Assembly: GCA_039811765.1 (NCBI GenBank)
Contig: JBDHZF010000001.1
Location: 457-64,456 of the forward strand
Direction: 5' to 3'
DNA: 64,000 nucleotides
DNA from: Thermoleophilia bacterium
GTDB taxonomy: Bacteria; Actinomycetota; Thermoleophilia; Gaiellales; SKUG01
Numbering within the stretch: the stretch's first letter is position 1; each line of letters opens with the position of its first letter. The notes below the pieces were generated by a model. That model was given only the letters and a program-made list of their open reading frames with translations, was not told where the DNA came from and searched no databases. Both the position numbers and the translations under genes were made by a program. Shown piece by piece: positions 53,247 through 62,863 of this stretch.

Positions 53247-55598
53247 ATGCCGTCGCGTGCCGATAGGGCACGCATGCTTCCGGCTTCGCACCTGGCCGGC
53301 TCGTCGACGAACCCGCCGGCGACCGTTGTTCGCGCGCTTTCCACGTTCCTCTTGGCGTTGGTGGTGTCGCTCGTTGGTGCGGCAACCTCCCACGCCGCGG
53401 ACACGCTGACGACCGATTCGGGATACACCGTGGAAACCGGGGCGTGCGGTCAGCTCGGACAAAGCGATCAGAACGGCGTCTACTACACCATGTGCGGCGC
53501 GGCGATTCGTCGCTGGGACATCAACGGCACGAGGCTCGCCGACATCACGCTCCCGTCGTCGCTGCTCAATGCCCGCGACGTGGCGCCCTCTCCCGACGGT
53601 GCATATCTGTACGTATCGCAAGGCACCGCGTCGCCGGCACGACTCAATCGTCAAGCGAACGGCAGCTACACCTTGGACGCGACGTGGCGGCTCGCGCAGT
53701 TCACGTACTGGAACACGAAGTGGACGCCGATCGGCTGGGCGCTCCAGACGGACGGGCGCGGCGACATCTACGTTTCGAACGGTTCGTATTGGACTGGCGC
53801 GGCGGTGCAAACCTCGATCGCGAAGTATCACCCCGACGGCAGCTTCGTCACCGCATTCGGCGACTACGGCACCGAACCGGGCAACTGGATCGTGAACATG
53901 GACGTCACCGTGAGCCGCGACGGTCGACGGGTGTACGTGGGCGAGAACTGCGGCACGGCGTGCGACTATGCCGATCCGAACTACTCCGCCTCGCGCGTGA
54001 CTCGCTATGACTTCAACGCGGGCGGCACGTACCGTTTCAGCCGCATCATCAGCGCGCAGGGGCCGATGGACGGCAACAAGTTCCCTCGCTGCACGAGCGC
54101 GGGCGCGACGCACAGCTCGTATTCGCTCGCGATGGACTACGCGGAGAACCTGTATGTGACGAGCACGACCTGCGGCATGATCCAGATGTTCGACACGGAC
54201 GAGGATCCAGCGAAGGACGTGTTCGTGAAGACGGTGGCGACGTACGCGGACCCCGCAACCGCGAGCGGAATCGTCGGCGTGAAAAACCACTATCTCAGCG
54301 TGGACTGGGCGGGCCGCATCACCGCGCACGAGTGGACACGTCGCTTCATCCCGAAGACGATCAAGGTGCCCACGTTGCCGCTCCCGGCCCTCGCGCCGCT
54401 GCCCGAACCGGACACAACCGCGCCCGTGGTGTCGGCGATCACGCTGCCGGCGACCACGTCGAAGCAGACCGTTGACGTGACGATCGCCGCGACCGACGAC
54501 GTGGCCGTCACCGAAATGCAGTTGGCGCGCGAGGATGGCACGTGGGGTCCGTGGCAACCGTTCGCGAAGACGGTCGCGTACGCGTTGAGCGACGGCTACG
54601 GCGCCAAGGGCGTGTACGTGCGCGTGCGAGACATGGCCGGCAACGAGTCGAACGCGGTGTACAAGACCGTGAGCTACGCGGCCGATGGCGGCGACGGCGG
54701 CGCGGCGCCGGTGGGCGACAAGGCCGATCCGGTGGTCAGCGCGGTGAGCGTGCCCGTGCTCACCGCCACGCGCGACGTGAGCGTGACGATCACGGCCACC
54801 GACGACACTGGCGTGACGCTGCTGCGACTTGCGAACGAGGACGGCAACTGGAGCGCGTGGAAGACGTTCGCCGCGGTGACGCCGTGGCAACTGAGCGCCG
54901 GCAATGGGGCGAAAGCTGTGTACGTGCAGGTGCGCGACGGCGCGGGCCGCGAGTCGAACACGATGATGGCGCGCTCGAGCGTGCAGCCGGATGCGCCGGC
55001 GCAGCCTCCCGCGGGCGGCGCACCCGACGCCACGCCGCCGGTGCTCTCCAAGCTCGAGCTTCCCGCCGAGACGACCGCGCAGACGATCACTGCGAATCTC
55101 ACGGCGACCGACGACGTGGGCGTGGCGCAAGTGCGCTTCGCCAACGAGGACGGCACGTGGGCTGGATGGCAGACCTGGGCCGCGTCGAAGCAGTGGAAGC
55201 TGACCGACGGCTATGGCGCGAAACTCGTCTATGCGCAAGTTCGCGACGCGGTGGGCAACGAGTCGGCGGTGCTGAACGCGCGCACCTCCTTTGCGAAGAC
55301 CGCGCAAGCGGCGGGACCCACGGACGCGGCTGATCCGGCGCTCACGTCCGTGACGCTCCCGGCGACCACTGCCGTTCGCGGCATCACCGTCACCCTCGCC
55401 GCGACGGATGACATTGGCGTCACCCAGGTGCGCTTCGCCAACGAGGATGGCGAGTGGGGCGCGTGGCAGACGTATGCGACCGGCGTTACGCAACAGCTCA
55501 CGGCGGGAACCGGCTTCAAGGTCGTCTATGCGCAGGTGCGTGACGCCGCCGGACGCGAATCCAACGTCTTGTTCGCCCGAACGCAGGTGACTGCCTGA
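53247..55598 (+). CDS. Secreted protein: N-terminal beta-propeller-like region plus four tandem ~100-aa Ig-like repeats
   Basis: Signal-like LSTFLLALVVSLVGAATSHA. The N-terminal ~380 aa have NHL/propeller-like repeats (DIYVSNG, RVYVGEN, NLYVTST). The start is uncertain (53247 or 53274). Confidence 0.8.
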   Translation: MPSRADRARMLPASHLAGSSTNPPATVVRALSTFLLALVVSLVGAATSHAADTLTTDSGYTVETGACGQLGQSDQNGVYYTMCGAAIRRWDINGTRLADITLPSSLLNARDVAPSPDGAYLYVSQGTASPARLNRQANGSYTLDATWRLAQFTYWNTKWTPIGWALQTDGRGDIYVSNGSYWTGAAVQTSIAKYHPDGSFVTAFGDYGTEPGNWIVNMDVTVSRDGRRVYVGENCGTACDYADPNYSASRVTRYDFNAGGTYRFSRIISAQGPMDGNKFPRCTSAGATHSSYSLAMDYAENLYVTSTTCGMIQMFDTDEDPAKDVFVKTVATYADPATASGIVGVKNHYLSVDWAGRITAHEWTRRFIPKTIKVPTLPLPALAPLPEPDTTAPVVSAITLPATTSKQTVDVTIAATDDVAVTEMQLAREDGTWGPWQPFAKTVAYALSDGYGAKGVYVRVRDMAGNESNAVYKTVSYAADGGDGGAAPVGDKADPVVSAVSVPVLTATRDVSVTITATDDTGVTLLRLANEDGNWSAWKTFAAVTPWQLSAGNGAKAVYVQVRDGAGRESNTMMARSSVQPDAPAQPPAGGAPDATPPVLSKLELPAETTAQTITANLTATDDVGVAQVRFANEDGTWAGWQTWAASKQWKLTDGYGAKLVYAQVRDAVGNESAVLNARTSFAKTAQAAGPTDAADPALTSVTLPATTAVRGITVTLAATDDIGVTQVRFANEDGEWGAWQTYATGVTQQLTAGTGFKVVYAQVRDAAGRESNVLFARTQVTA
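54411..55595 (+). repeat. Four tandem ~300-nt coding repeats
   Basis: The consensus (T/A)(A/D/P)P(V/A)(V/L)S..(T/S)LPA.T....(V/I)(T/D)VT(I/L)(A/T)ATDD.GV...(R/Q)(L/F)A(N/R)EDG.W..W....... L..G.G.K.VY.QVRD.AG.ES repeats 4 times with periods of 306/309/297 nt. Confidence 0.85.
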
Positions 55599-56137
55599 TG
55601 CGCCCCTATCGCCGACAACTCATGGTGCTGCTGCCGTTGCTGGGCGTCGTCGCGCTCGTGGCGCAGATCGCCGGCGTGGGCACAACCGAGCAGTCGAATC
55701 CGAAGATCCCGAAGGCGAAGACGTTGGCGATCGTGCCGGGCGGATCGGTGCCGGACATCACGTCCACGACGCTCGGCTCTGCATCGGTCAAGGCTGGCGA
55801 AGGCGACGTGGTTCGCATGCGCGCGACGGCGAAGGTGCGCGTTGCCAAGCTCGCGTCGAAGCAGGTCGCGCAAGTCGTGTGCGGCATCCGCTATTCGCGC
55901 GACGGCGACGCGTCGTGGACGCTCGGCACGCCCTACGAGACGGTGCAGCTCACGAAAAAGCACCCGTCGGAAACCGTGTCGATCTCGCGCACGTTCGACG
56001 CGCCGGCGAAGGATCGCTATCGCGCGCGGGTCGCGTGCCATGTGTCCGCGCCACAGTCGCGCGTGAAGGTGACAGCCACTGGCTCCGTCACCACGAAGAT
56101 CGGCCTGCCGGACGGCGCCGCGGTACCCGTGGCCTGA
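55598..56137 (+). CDS. Hypothetical exported/membrane-anchored protein (179 aa)
   Basis: The ATG overlaps the preceding stop (TGATG). N-terminal hydrophobic segment LMVLLPLLGVVALVAQIAGV. Confidence 0.65.
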   Translation: MRPYRRQLMVLLPLLGVVALVAQIAGVGTTEQSNPKIPKAKTLAIVPGGSVPDITSTTLGSASVKAGEGDVVRMRATAKVRVAKLASKQVAQVVCGIRYSRDGDASWTLGTPYETVQLTKKHPSETVSISRTFDAPAKDRYRARVACHVSAPQSRVKVTATGSVTTKIGLPDGAAVPVA

Positions 56138-56195
56138 CAACTCGTCGCCGAAATGGCAGACCTGTTGGGCGAAATCGGCGACGAGTTCGGATGAT

Positions 56196-57098
56196 TCAGG
56201 CTGCGTCGAGGCCGGTGGCGTGCAGGGCACCGTCGATCGCGGCGAGCGCGGCTGAGTCGCCGGTCCAGATCGAGCCGCCTTGACGGCGGATCGACGCGAC
56301 GAGTTCGCGCCACGAGCCCCCGTCGCGCCATGCGGACGAATCGCGAATCACGGCCCAGAGCAGTTGTTCGGCACGTTCGCGACCCACCGTCGCGCGCAGC
56401 GCACGGAACGTCGCGCTCACCACGCCACCGCCCGCGTGCTCTTCCACGCCGGGGCGGATCGCGTCTTGGTAGCGCGTCACCACGCTCGCGAGCGCGGGGC
56501 CGCTCGTCTCGTGCGAGCCCAGCTCGCGAATGGATCCGCGGTAGCGACCGCTGGCGTCCTGCTTGAAGAACTCCTCGCCGAGCGTGTCGTCGCCGGTGGC
56601 GAGGATCGCGGCGGCATCGGCCATCCCTTCGAGGATCGCCGGATTGGGCTTCGCCGATTCCGCCATCTTCCCGAACTGCACGACGTGCGTGAGCTCGTGC
56701 ACGGCGGCGTCCACCGTGATCAGCACGTCGGCGCGGCCGCGACCGCCGGTGCGCGACGCGAGCGCGTTGCGACTGCCCACGGCGATCTGTCCGTTCGTTG
56801 CCCATGGGCCGTTCGAATCAGCGTCGGAGTCGCGAAGGAGCAGGTGCACCGCAGTTCCGGCGTCGTCGATGCCAGCCAGGTGCGCGCGCTCGCGCAGCAA
56901 TCGAACTGCTTCCACGACCGCCAGCACGGCCATGCGCTCGCTGGCGGTGAGCCGCGAATCGGCGAGCGCGTGCGCGGCCGTGCCCACGCGTCGAGTTCGT
57001 CCCTTGGGCGCGGGAAGGTCGACGATCACGCTCGCGAGGTCCTGCTCGCTCGGAGCAGAACCAGTGGCAGCGGCGGCGGTGACGGAACGCACGGTCAT
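56196..57098 (-). CDS. Thermolysin-like (M4) metallopeptidase catalytic core without signal/propeptide
   Basis: In-frame ATG 57098. VHELTHVVQ (HExxH), the third-ligand region ILEGMADAAA and EEHAGGGVVS (compare GGVHxNSG). Confidence 0.7.
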   Translation of the reverse strand: MTVRSVTAAAATGSAPSEQDLASVIVDLPAPKGRTRRVGTAAHALADSRLTASERMAVLAVVEAVRLLRERAHLAGIDDAGTAVHLLLRDSDADSNGPWATNGQIAVGSRNALASRTGGRGRADVLITVDAAVHELTHVVQFGKMAESAKPNPAILEGMADAAAILATGDDTLGEEFFKQDASGRYRGSIRELGSHETSGPALASVVTRYQDAIRPGVEEHAGGGVVSATFRALRATVGRERAEQLLWAVIRDSSAWRDGGSWRELVASIRRQGGSIWTGDSAALAAIDGALHATGLDAA

Positions 57099-57201
57099 CG
57101 TGCGCCCTGCATCGGCATCCCGCGCACGCGTGCTTGATGCGCCCAGACCAACCACGAACACGTGCAGTCGCACCCGCGCGAATCGGATACGATCGCCAGC
57201 C

Positions 57202-58208
<1,007 letters not shown>

Positions 58209-58212
<4 letters not shown>

Positions 58213-59012
58213 CGCGCACGTGGCGAGGGTTCGCCGGCGCGCTTCGCGCGAACCTGCTCGTGCGCATGCAGTACCGCGCGAACCTCGCGATCTGGGCGTT
58301 CACCGGCGTGCTGCAGGTCGTCGTCTACATGAGCGTGTGGCGCGCCGTGGCCGATGCCTCGGGCGGCTCCGCGTCCGGCTTCACCGCTGCCGAGTTCGCC
58401 GGCTACTTCTGCGCGTTCCTCGTGGTGCGCGAGGCCACGTACTCGTTCATCGCCTGGCACATGTCCAGCTACGTGCAGGACGGCAGCATCGCGACGATGC
58501 TCGCCCGCCCGCAGCACCCGGTGCTCGTGCTCGTGTCCGAGATGACCTCGTACCGGATGCTGAGCATGCTGCTGATCGTGCCGATCGCCGGCGTGCTGTT
58601 CGTCGCCTTCGACGCCACCGTGCACACCACCCCGCTCGCCGTAGTCGCCGCGCTCGCACTGCTCCCACTCGGCGCGGGCGTGCGCATGCTCACCGACTCG
58701 CTGCTCGGGCTCACGTCCGTGAAGTTCATCCGCATCAGCGGGATCCTCGCCGCCTACTACGCCATCGTCACCTTCTTCAGCGGCCAGTTCGCGCCACTCG
58801 CCGCGCTCCCGGACTGGATGCAGCAGATCGCCAGGGCGCTGCCGTTCTGGTGGGTCACGGGCCTGCCCGCCGAGCTGCTGATCGGCCGCGCCGATCCCTC
58901 CGAGGCGCTGACAGGTGCGGCCGTGCTCGGTGCATGGCTCGTCGTCTCATGGGTCGCGCTCCAGGTGGCCTGGCCGCGCGCGATGCGCATCGCGGAGACG
59001 GTGGGCGGCTGA
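58209..59012 (+). CDS. ABC-2 family transporter permease (DUF990-like)
   Basis: GTGA overlap with the ATPase gene. Six hydrophobic segments. N-terminus ...LRANLLVRMQYRANLAIW. Confidence 0.8.
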
Positions 59013-59818
59013 TGGGCGAGCTTCGCCGGACCGCACGGATCTTCTGGGTGCACGCCCGCGTGAGCCTGCTCGCCGAGCTGCAGTACCGCACCGACGCGTG
59101 GGCGCGGCTGATCTCCACGATCGCGCTGCTCGCCTCGTCGCTCGCCGCGGTGCTGATCGTGTACTCGCACGTGGATTCGATCAACGGCTGGACCTCGTCC
59201 GACCTGATCGTGGTGCTCGGCTCATTCTTCCTGGTGGGCGCGATCACGAACGGCATCGTGCACCTGTCGATGGCCGAACTCGCGAAGGACATCAAGCAGG
59301 GCACGCTCGACTTTCGCTTGCTCAAGCCGGTGGACGCGCAGGTGCTCGCGCTCGTGCAGAAGGTCGATCCGTGGCGCATGCTCGACGTGCTCGTGGGCAT
59401 CGGCCTGGTGGCGTGGGGCATGGCTCACGCCGGACCTGACAGCGCGCTCGGCACGCTCGGAGCGGTCGGCGGCGCGCTCGCGATGCTGCTCGCAGCGACG
59501 ATCGTGATCGCCGGATTCTGGCTGCTGATCACCTGCATCGCGTTCTGGACGGTCCAGGGCGAGGGGATCCTCTGGGCGCTCGACGACATGTTCGAGCACC
59601 TGCGCTGGCCGATCACGATCTTCGGACCGGCGCTGCGCGTGGCGCTGATGACGGTGTTCCCGGCCGGACTCGCGATCACGGTTCCGGCGCAGGCGCTCAC
59701 CGGCCGCCTCGGCGCCGGCATGACACTGGTGACGATCCTGGTCGCGGCGACGTTCGCGATCGCCGCCCGACTCGCGTGGCGCGCGGCGCTGCGACGCTAC
59801 GAAGGCGCGTCGGGGTAG
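59012..59818 (+). CDS. Second ABC-2 family transporter permease
   Basis: In-frame ATG 59012 overlapping the previous stop (TGATG). ...LLAELQYRTDAWARLIS, a paralogous layout. Confidence 0.8.
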   Translation: MGELRRTARIFWVHARVSLLAELQYRTDAWARLISTIALLASSLAAVLIVYSHVDSINGWTSSDLIVVLGSFFLVGAITNGIVHLSMAELAKDIKQGTLDFRLLKPVDAQVLALVQKVDPWRMLDVLVGIGLVAWGMAHAGPDSALGTLGAVGGALAMLLAATIVIAGFWLLITCIAFWTVQGEGILWALDDMFEHLRWPITIFGPALRVALMTVFPAGLAITVPAQALTGRLGAGMTLVTILVAATFAIAARLAWRAALRRYEGASG

Positions 59819-59862
59819 CGGGCGAGCAACTGGACCCCGCCCCCCGCACCCGTGCTCACCAC

Positions 59863-59967
59863 CCATCCGCGATTTCGTCCAACAGTCGGGTCAAATTGCA
59901 GATGGGTGCCGCGGGCACGTTCACGCTTCTGCGATTTGTCCCGAGGGGTGAAGGGAATTGCGGATGG
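59863..59967 (+). repeat. Array of four ~15-nt (G)GNCAAATYGCRGATGG-like boxes including the 33-nt hairpin shared with 45227-45260
   Basis: The boxes are at 59863-59880 (rc), 59888-59905, 59928-59942 (rc) and 59953-59967. GGGTCAAATTGCAGA and the reverse complement of TCTGCGATTTGTCCC form a 13/15 inverted repeat. Confidence 0.6.
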
Positions 59968-60542
59968 GCGGGCGCGGTGCACGACAGACCACGCGCCGAG
60001 GCGTGCGATGCGCACCGAGCGGGAACAGGCCCGAGGTGCAGCGAGACGACGACTTCGACGACTTCTTCTCCGACACTGGCGACGCGGCCAGCGACGCGAA
60101 CGAGTCAGTGTCCGAGCCGTTGCCGCGGATGTTGCCGCCACGCTTGGGCATGCTCGCCGAGCTGAGCGACGAGGAGTTCGACGCGGTCGCGCGCGCGGCG
60201 AAGCTGCAGCATCTGGCACCGGATACGATCGTCTTCCGGCAAGGCGACGAGGCGGACCGATTCTTCATCCTCGTCGATGGTGCTGTTGAGGTAGAACGCG
60301 ACGGCGCGGTGCTCGCCACGCTCGGACCGGGCGCGTTCTTCGGCGAGAGCGCATTGCTCGTGAAGGGCCGTCGCTCTGCGACGATCACCACGGTTGCGGC
60401 AACGTCGCTGTGGTCGATCAGCTATGCGGCGTTCGACGGCGCGGTATCCCACCACCTGCTCGCGGACGCCGAGCTCGGCGCCGAGGCGGAGCGACGCATC
60501 GCCCAGACGCCGGACCACGCGTTCCGGAGCGACGACGCCTGA
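59964..60542 (+). CDS. Stand-alone cyclic-nucleotide-binding domain protein with an acidic N-terminal tail
   Basis: cNMP fold motifs IVFRQGDEADRFFILVDGAVEV, GPGAFFGESALL and RRSATITT. The start is ambiguous (TTG 59958, ATG 59964, GTG 60003, ATG 60129/60150). No HTH. Confidence 0.75.
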   Translation: MGGRGARQTTRRGVRCAPSGNRPEVQRDDDFDDFFSDTGDAASDANESVSEPLPRMLPPRLGMLAELSDEEFDAVARAAKLQHLAPDTIVFRQGDEADRFFILVDGAVEVERDGAVLATLGPGAFFGESALLVKGRRSATITTVAATSLWSISYAAFDGAVSHHLLADAELGAEAERRIAQTPDHAFRSDDA

Positions 60543-60782
60543 CAAAAGCGGCCGCCGCCCCGGCCGCATGCGGCCACGCAGCGGGCGCATTGCAACGACC
60601 CTCGAGTTGCAGTCGAAGCCTTGGATGAGATGTCCAGGCCTCCGCGACATGCCAACCCTTCCGCGATGGACGGTTATCGCCGGCTCGAGCGCACACGCAA
60701 TGTTGCCGCTCCCGCACAGGCGATCGCTGCCACCGCGATCGTGGAAGAACGCCCCGCGATCGCCCCGCGTAGGCGTCGCCGC

Positions 60783-61241
60783 ATGGGCCGTCGCCTTGCC
60801 GGAGCCGCGCGCCTGATCGCGTTCGCGGCCGTGCTCGCGGTGATCATCGGCACGAGCGTGAGCCTTGCCAGCTCCGATCGCAGCAATCGCGCGCCCGCGC
60901 GAACGGAACCGGTCGCCGCCAAGACGGTAGCCCCCGCCAAGACGGCTGCCCCCGTGAAGACTCCATCGACGTCGATGGCGCGCGACACCGCCGTGGAGGT
61001 TGATTCGCCCGCGAAGGTCGCTGCGGAAGACGAGACCGCGGCGGAGCCCACCACGGCCGCCGCGCCCACCACGACATCGACGAACAGCGCCACGTCCACG
61101 GCGACCGCATCGTCGTTGCCGCGCACCGGCCCCGCCTTCGACGCGCGGCTCGTCGTGCTCGCCGGCGCCGCGCTCTTCCTGTTCGGCATGGCGCTGCAGA
61201 TCGCGGGCCAACCGTTGCCCGCGCGCAACCGCGCGGCCTGA
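60783..61241 (+). CDS. Small LPXTG cell-wall-anchored protein (A/T/P-rich stalk only)
   Basis: In-frame ATG 60783 gives the signal peptide MGRRLAGAARLIAFAAVLAVIIGTSVSLASS. The C-terminus has LPRTG, the hydrophobic LVVLAGAALFLFGMALQIAG and an R-containing tail. Confidence 0.75.
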   Translation: MGRRLAGAARLIAFAAVLAVIIGTSVSLASSDRSNRAPARTEPVAAKTVAPAKTAAPVKTPSTSMARDTAVEVDSPAKVAAEDETAAEPTTAAAPTTTSTNSATSTATASSLPRTGPAFDARLVVLAGAALFLFGMALQIAGQPLPARNRAA

Positions 61242-61292
61242 TCCTTCGATATCCCGGTGGACGATTCCTCGGGACGAAGGCGGACACCTCGG

Positions 61293-61592
61293 ATGGCGAT
61301 TTCACCAACGATGCAACGCGTGATCGCGGGCGCGTCGATCCTTCCCGCGGCGGCGCTGTCGTTGCCCGTGAGCGCGATGTTCCTCGATCACCCCGCCGGT
61401 CGCGAGAACTGGATCATCCCCGCGCAGGCGGGCGGCATGCTCGCGATCGGTGCAGGAATCGGCGCGGCGCTCCCCTTGGCCTTCACGCACTCTGGCGCGC
61501 GCGGGAAAGCCGCGGCGATTGGCGCCGGCGCGGCGCTCGGCGTGGCCGCGGTTGCCGACGCGGCCTTGTTCTTCGGCATCACCGATCGCTGA
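61293..61592 (+). CDS. Small hydrophobic membrane protein
   Basis: In-frame ATG 61293 within the track ORF 61257..61592. Three Gly/Ala-rich hydrophobic segments. Confidence 0.45.
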   Translation: MAISPTMQRVIAGASILPAAALSLPVSAMFLDHPAGRENWIIPAQAGGMLAIGAGIGAALPLAFTHSGARGKAAAIGAGAALGVAAVADAALFFGITDR

Positions 61593-61974
61593 GTTCGCGC
61601 ACGCGACGCAGCTCGCGCGACACGTAGTCGCGGATCTTGCGCATGCCGCCCTCGCGGGCGATCGCGTCCTGCAACGCTTCGAGCTGGTCGGCGACGAGAT
61701 CCGCATTCGGTTCGAGTCCGCGATCAAGACGACTCGATTCGATGAACTGCGACGGCGATTCGTGCCCGCGCCGCGAGTTGCACGACCCGCATGACGCGAC
61801 CTCGTTCTCCAGCCGCGTGGGACCACCCTTGATCTTCGGCACGATGTGGTCGCGCGTGGGTCGCGCGTTCGTCTTCGTGAGGTCGTACCCGCACCATGCG
61901 CAGCGATGCTCGCCCAGTTCGAGCAAGCGCTCGAGTCGTGCCTGCGGCGCCAGTTGCCTCGTGTCTCGTCCCAT
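61579..61974 (-). CDS. HNH endonuclease (stand-alone, 131 aa)
   Basis: The motifs are CAWCG...TRDHIVPKIKGG....EN..ASCGSCNSRRG. Confidence 0.85.
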   Translation of the reverse strand: MGRDTRQLAPQARLERLLELGEHRCAWCGYDLTKTNARPTRDHIVPKIKGGPTRLENEVASCGSCNSRRGHESPSQFIESSRLDRGLEPNADLVADQLEALQDAIAREGGMRKIRDYVSRELRRVRELSDR

Positions 61975-62121
61975 CGATCGAGGAGACTACCGCAGCGCGA
62001 GCGGCGGTTGCCCCTTGCGCGATTCGCGGATCCATCGCACGGTGGACGAAGCGCCGATCTTGCACGCTCGCCGAACCGCGTGGATGCCGGCCCGCCGAAT
62101 CGCCAGGGGGGATTTCGCAAC

Positions 62122-62832
62122 GTGACCGTTGCAACCACATCGACTGCGTCGACGATCCCGTCGATCACGCTTGCGCAGGCCATCACGGCGTTGCAGCAGG
62201 CAACGGTTGCGCTCACCGCGGCCGTCCAGCAGCTGCAGGCGGCACTGGGATTTGGCGCTTCGGCCGGGGCCGCGACGCTCGGCACGACAGCCACGGACTC
62301 GTCCACCGCTGGCGCCGTGGGCGCGCTCGGCGGCGTCGACCAGCTCGGCGAGTCCGCGTCCACCGACACGCCCGAAGAAACCGAGCAGTCCGACACGCCG
62401 GAGCAAACCGCGAAGTCCGACACGACCGAGAAGACCGACAAGGCCGACTCCTCGTCGAAGTCGGATCTCGGATCGAAGCTCGTGGCGGAGGGAAAGAAGC
62501 ATCTCGGCAAGAAGTACGTGTGGGCCGCCGCAGGACCGAACACCTTCGACTGCTCCGGCTTCACGCAATACGTCGCCAAGCACTTCGGCATCAACCTGCC
62601 GCACAAAGCGTCCTTGCAAGCGAAGAAGGGCACGGCCGTCGCCAAGAAGGACCTGCAGGCGGGCGATCTCGTCTTCTTCCGCACGGGTCGCGGCATCTCG
62701 CACGTCGGCATGTACGTGGGCGACGGCAAGATCATCGAGGCCGCCGGAAAGGGCAAGGACGTGCGCATCTCCAAGCTGAGCGGCAGTTGGTACAGCCAGC
62801 ATTACGCCGGCGCTCGTCGCCTGAGCAAGTGA
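62122..62832 (+). CDS. NlpC/P60 family peptidoglycan endopeptidase
   Basis: Probable GTG start at 62122 (GGGGGG 11 nt upstream). Catalytic DCSGFTQYV and GISHVGMYVG. The N-terminal half is an A/T/Q-rich helix plus an acidic linker. No clear signal peptide. Confidence 0.8.
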   Translation: MTVATTSTASTIPSITLAQAITALQQATVALTAAVQQLQAALGFGASAGAATLGTTATDSSTAGAVGALGGVDQLGESASTDTPEETEQSDTPEQTAKSDTTEKTDKADSSSKSDLGSKLVAEGKKHLGKKYVWAAAGPNTFDCSGFTQYVAKHFGINLPHKASLQAKKGTAVAKKDLQAGDLVFFRTGRGISHVGMYVGDGKIIEAAGKGKDVRISKLSGSWYSQHYAGARRLSK

Positions 62833-62863
62833 CGACCACCGCCGAAGCGGCTACGATCGCGCC

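Noticed and set aside
61975-62121. A ydaO (c-di-AMP) riboswitch upstream of the NlpC/P60 gene.
   Set aside because: The context is right, and CCGAACCGCG faintly resembles the motif's CCGAACCCG. However, the conserved GGGGACCCA-type and CAGCUAACC segments that I remember are absent. Infernal is needed for a definitive answer.
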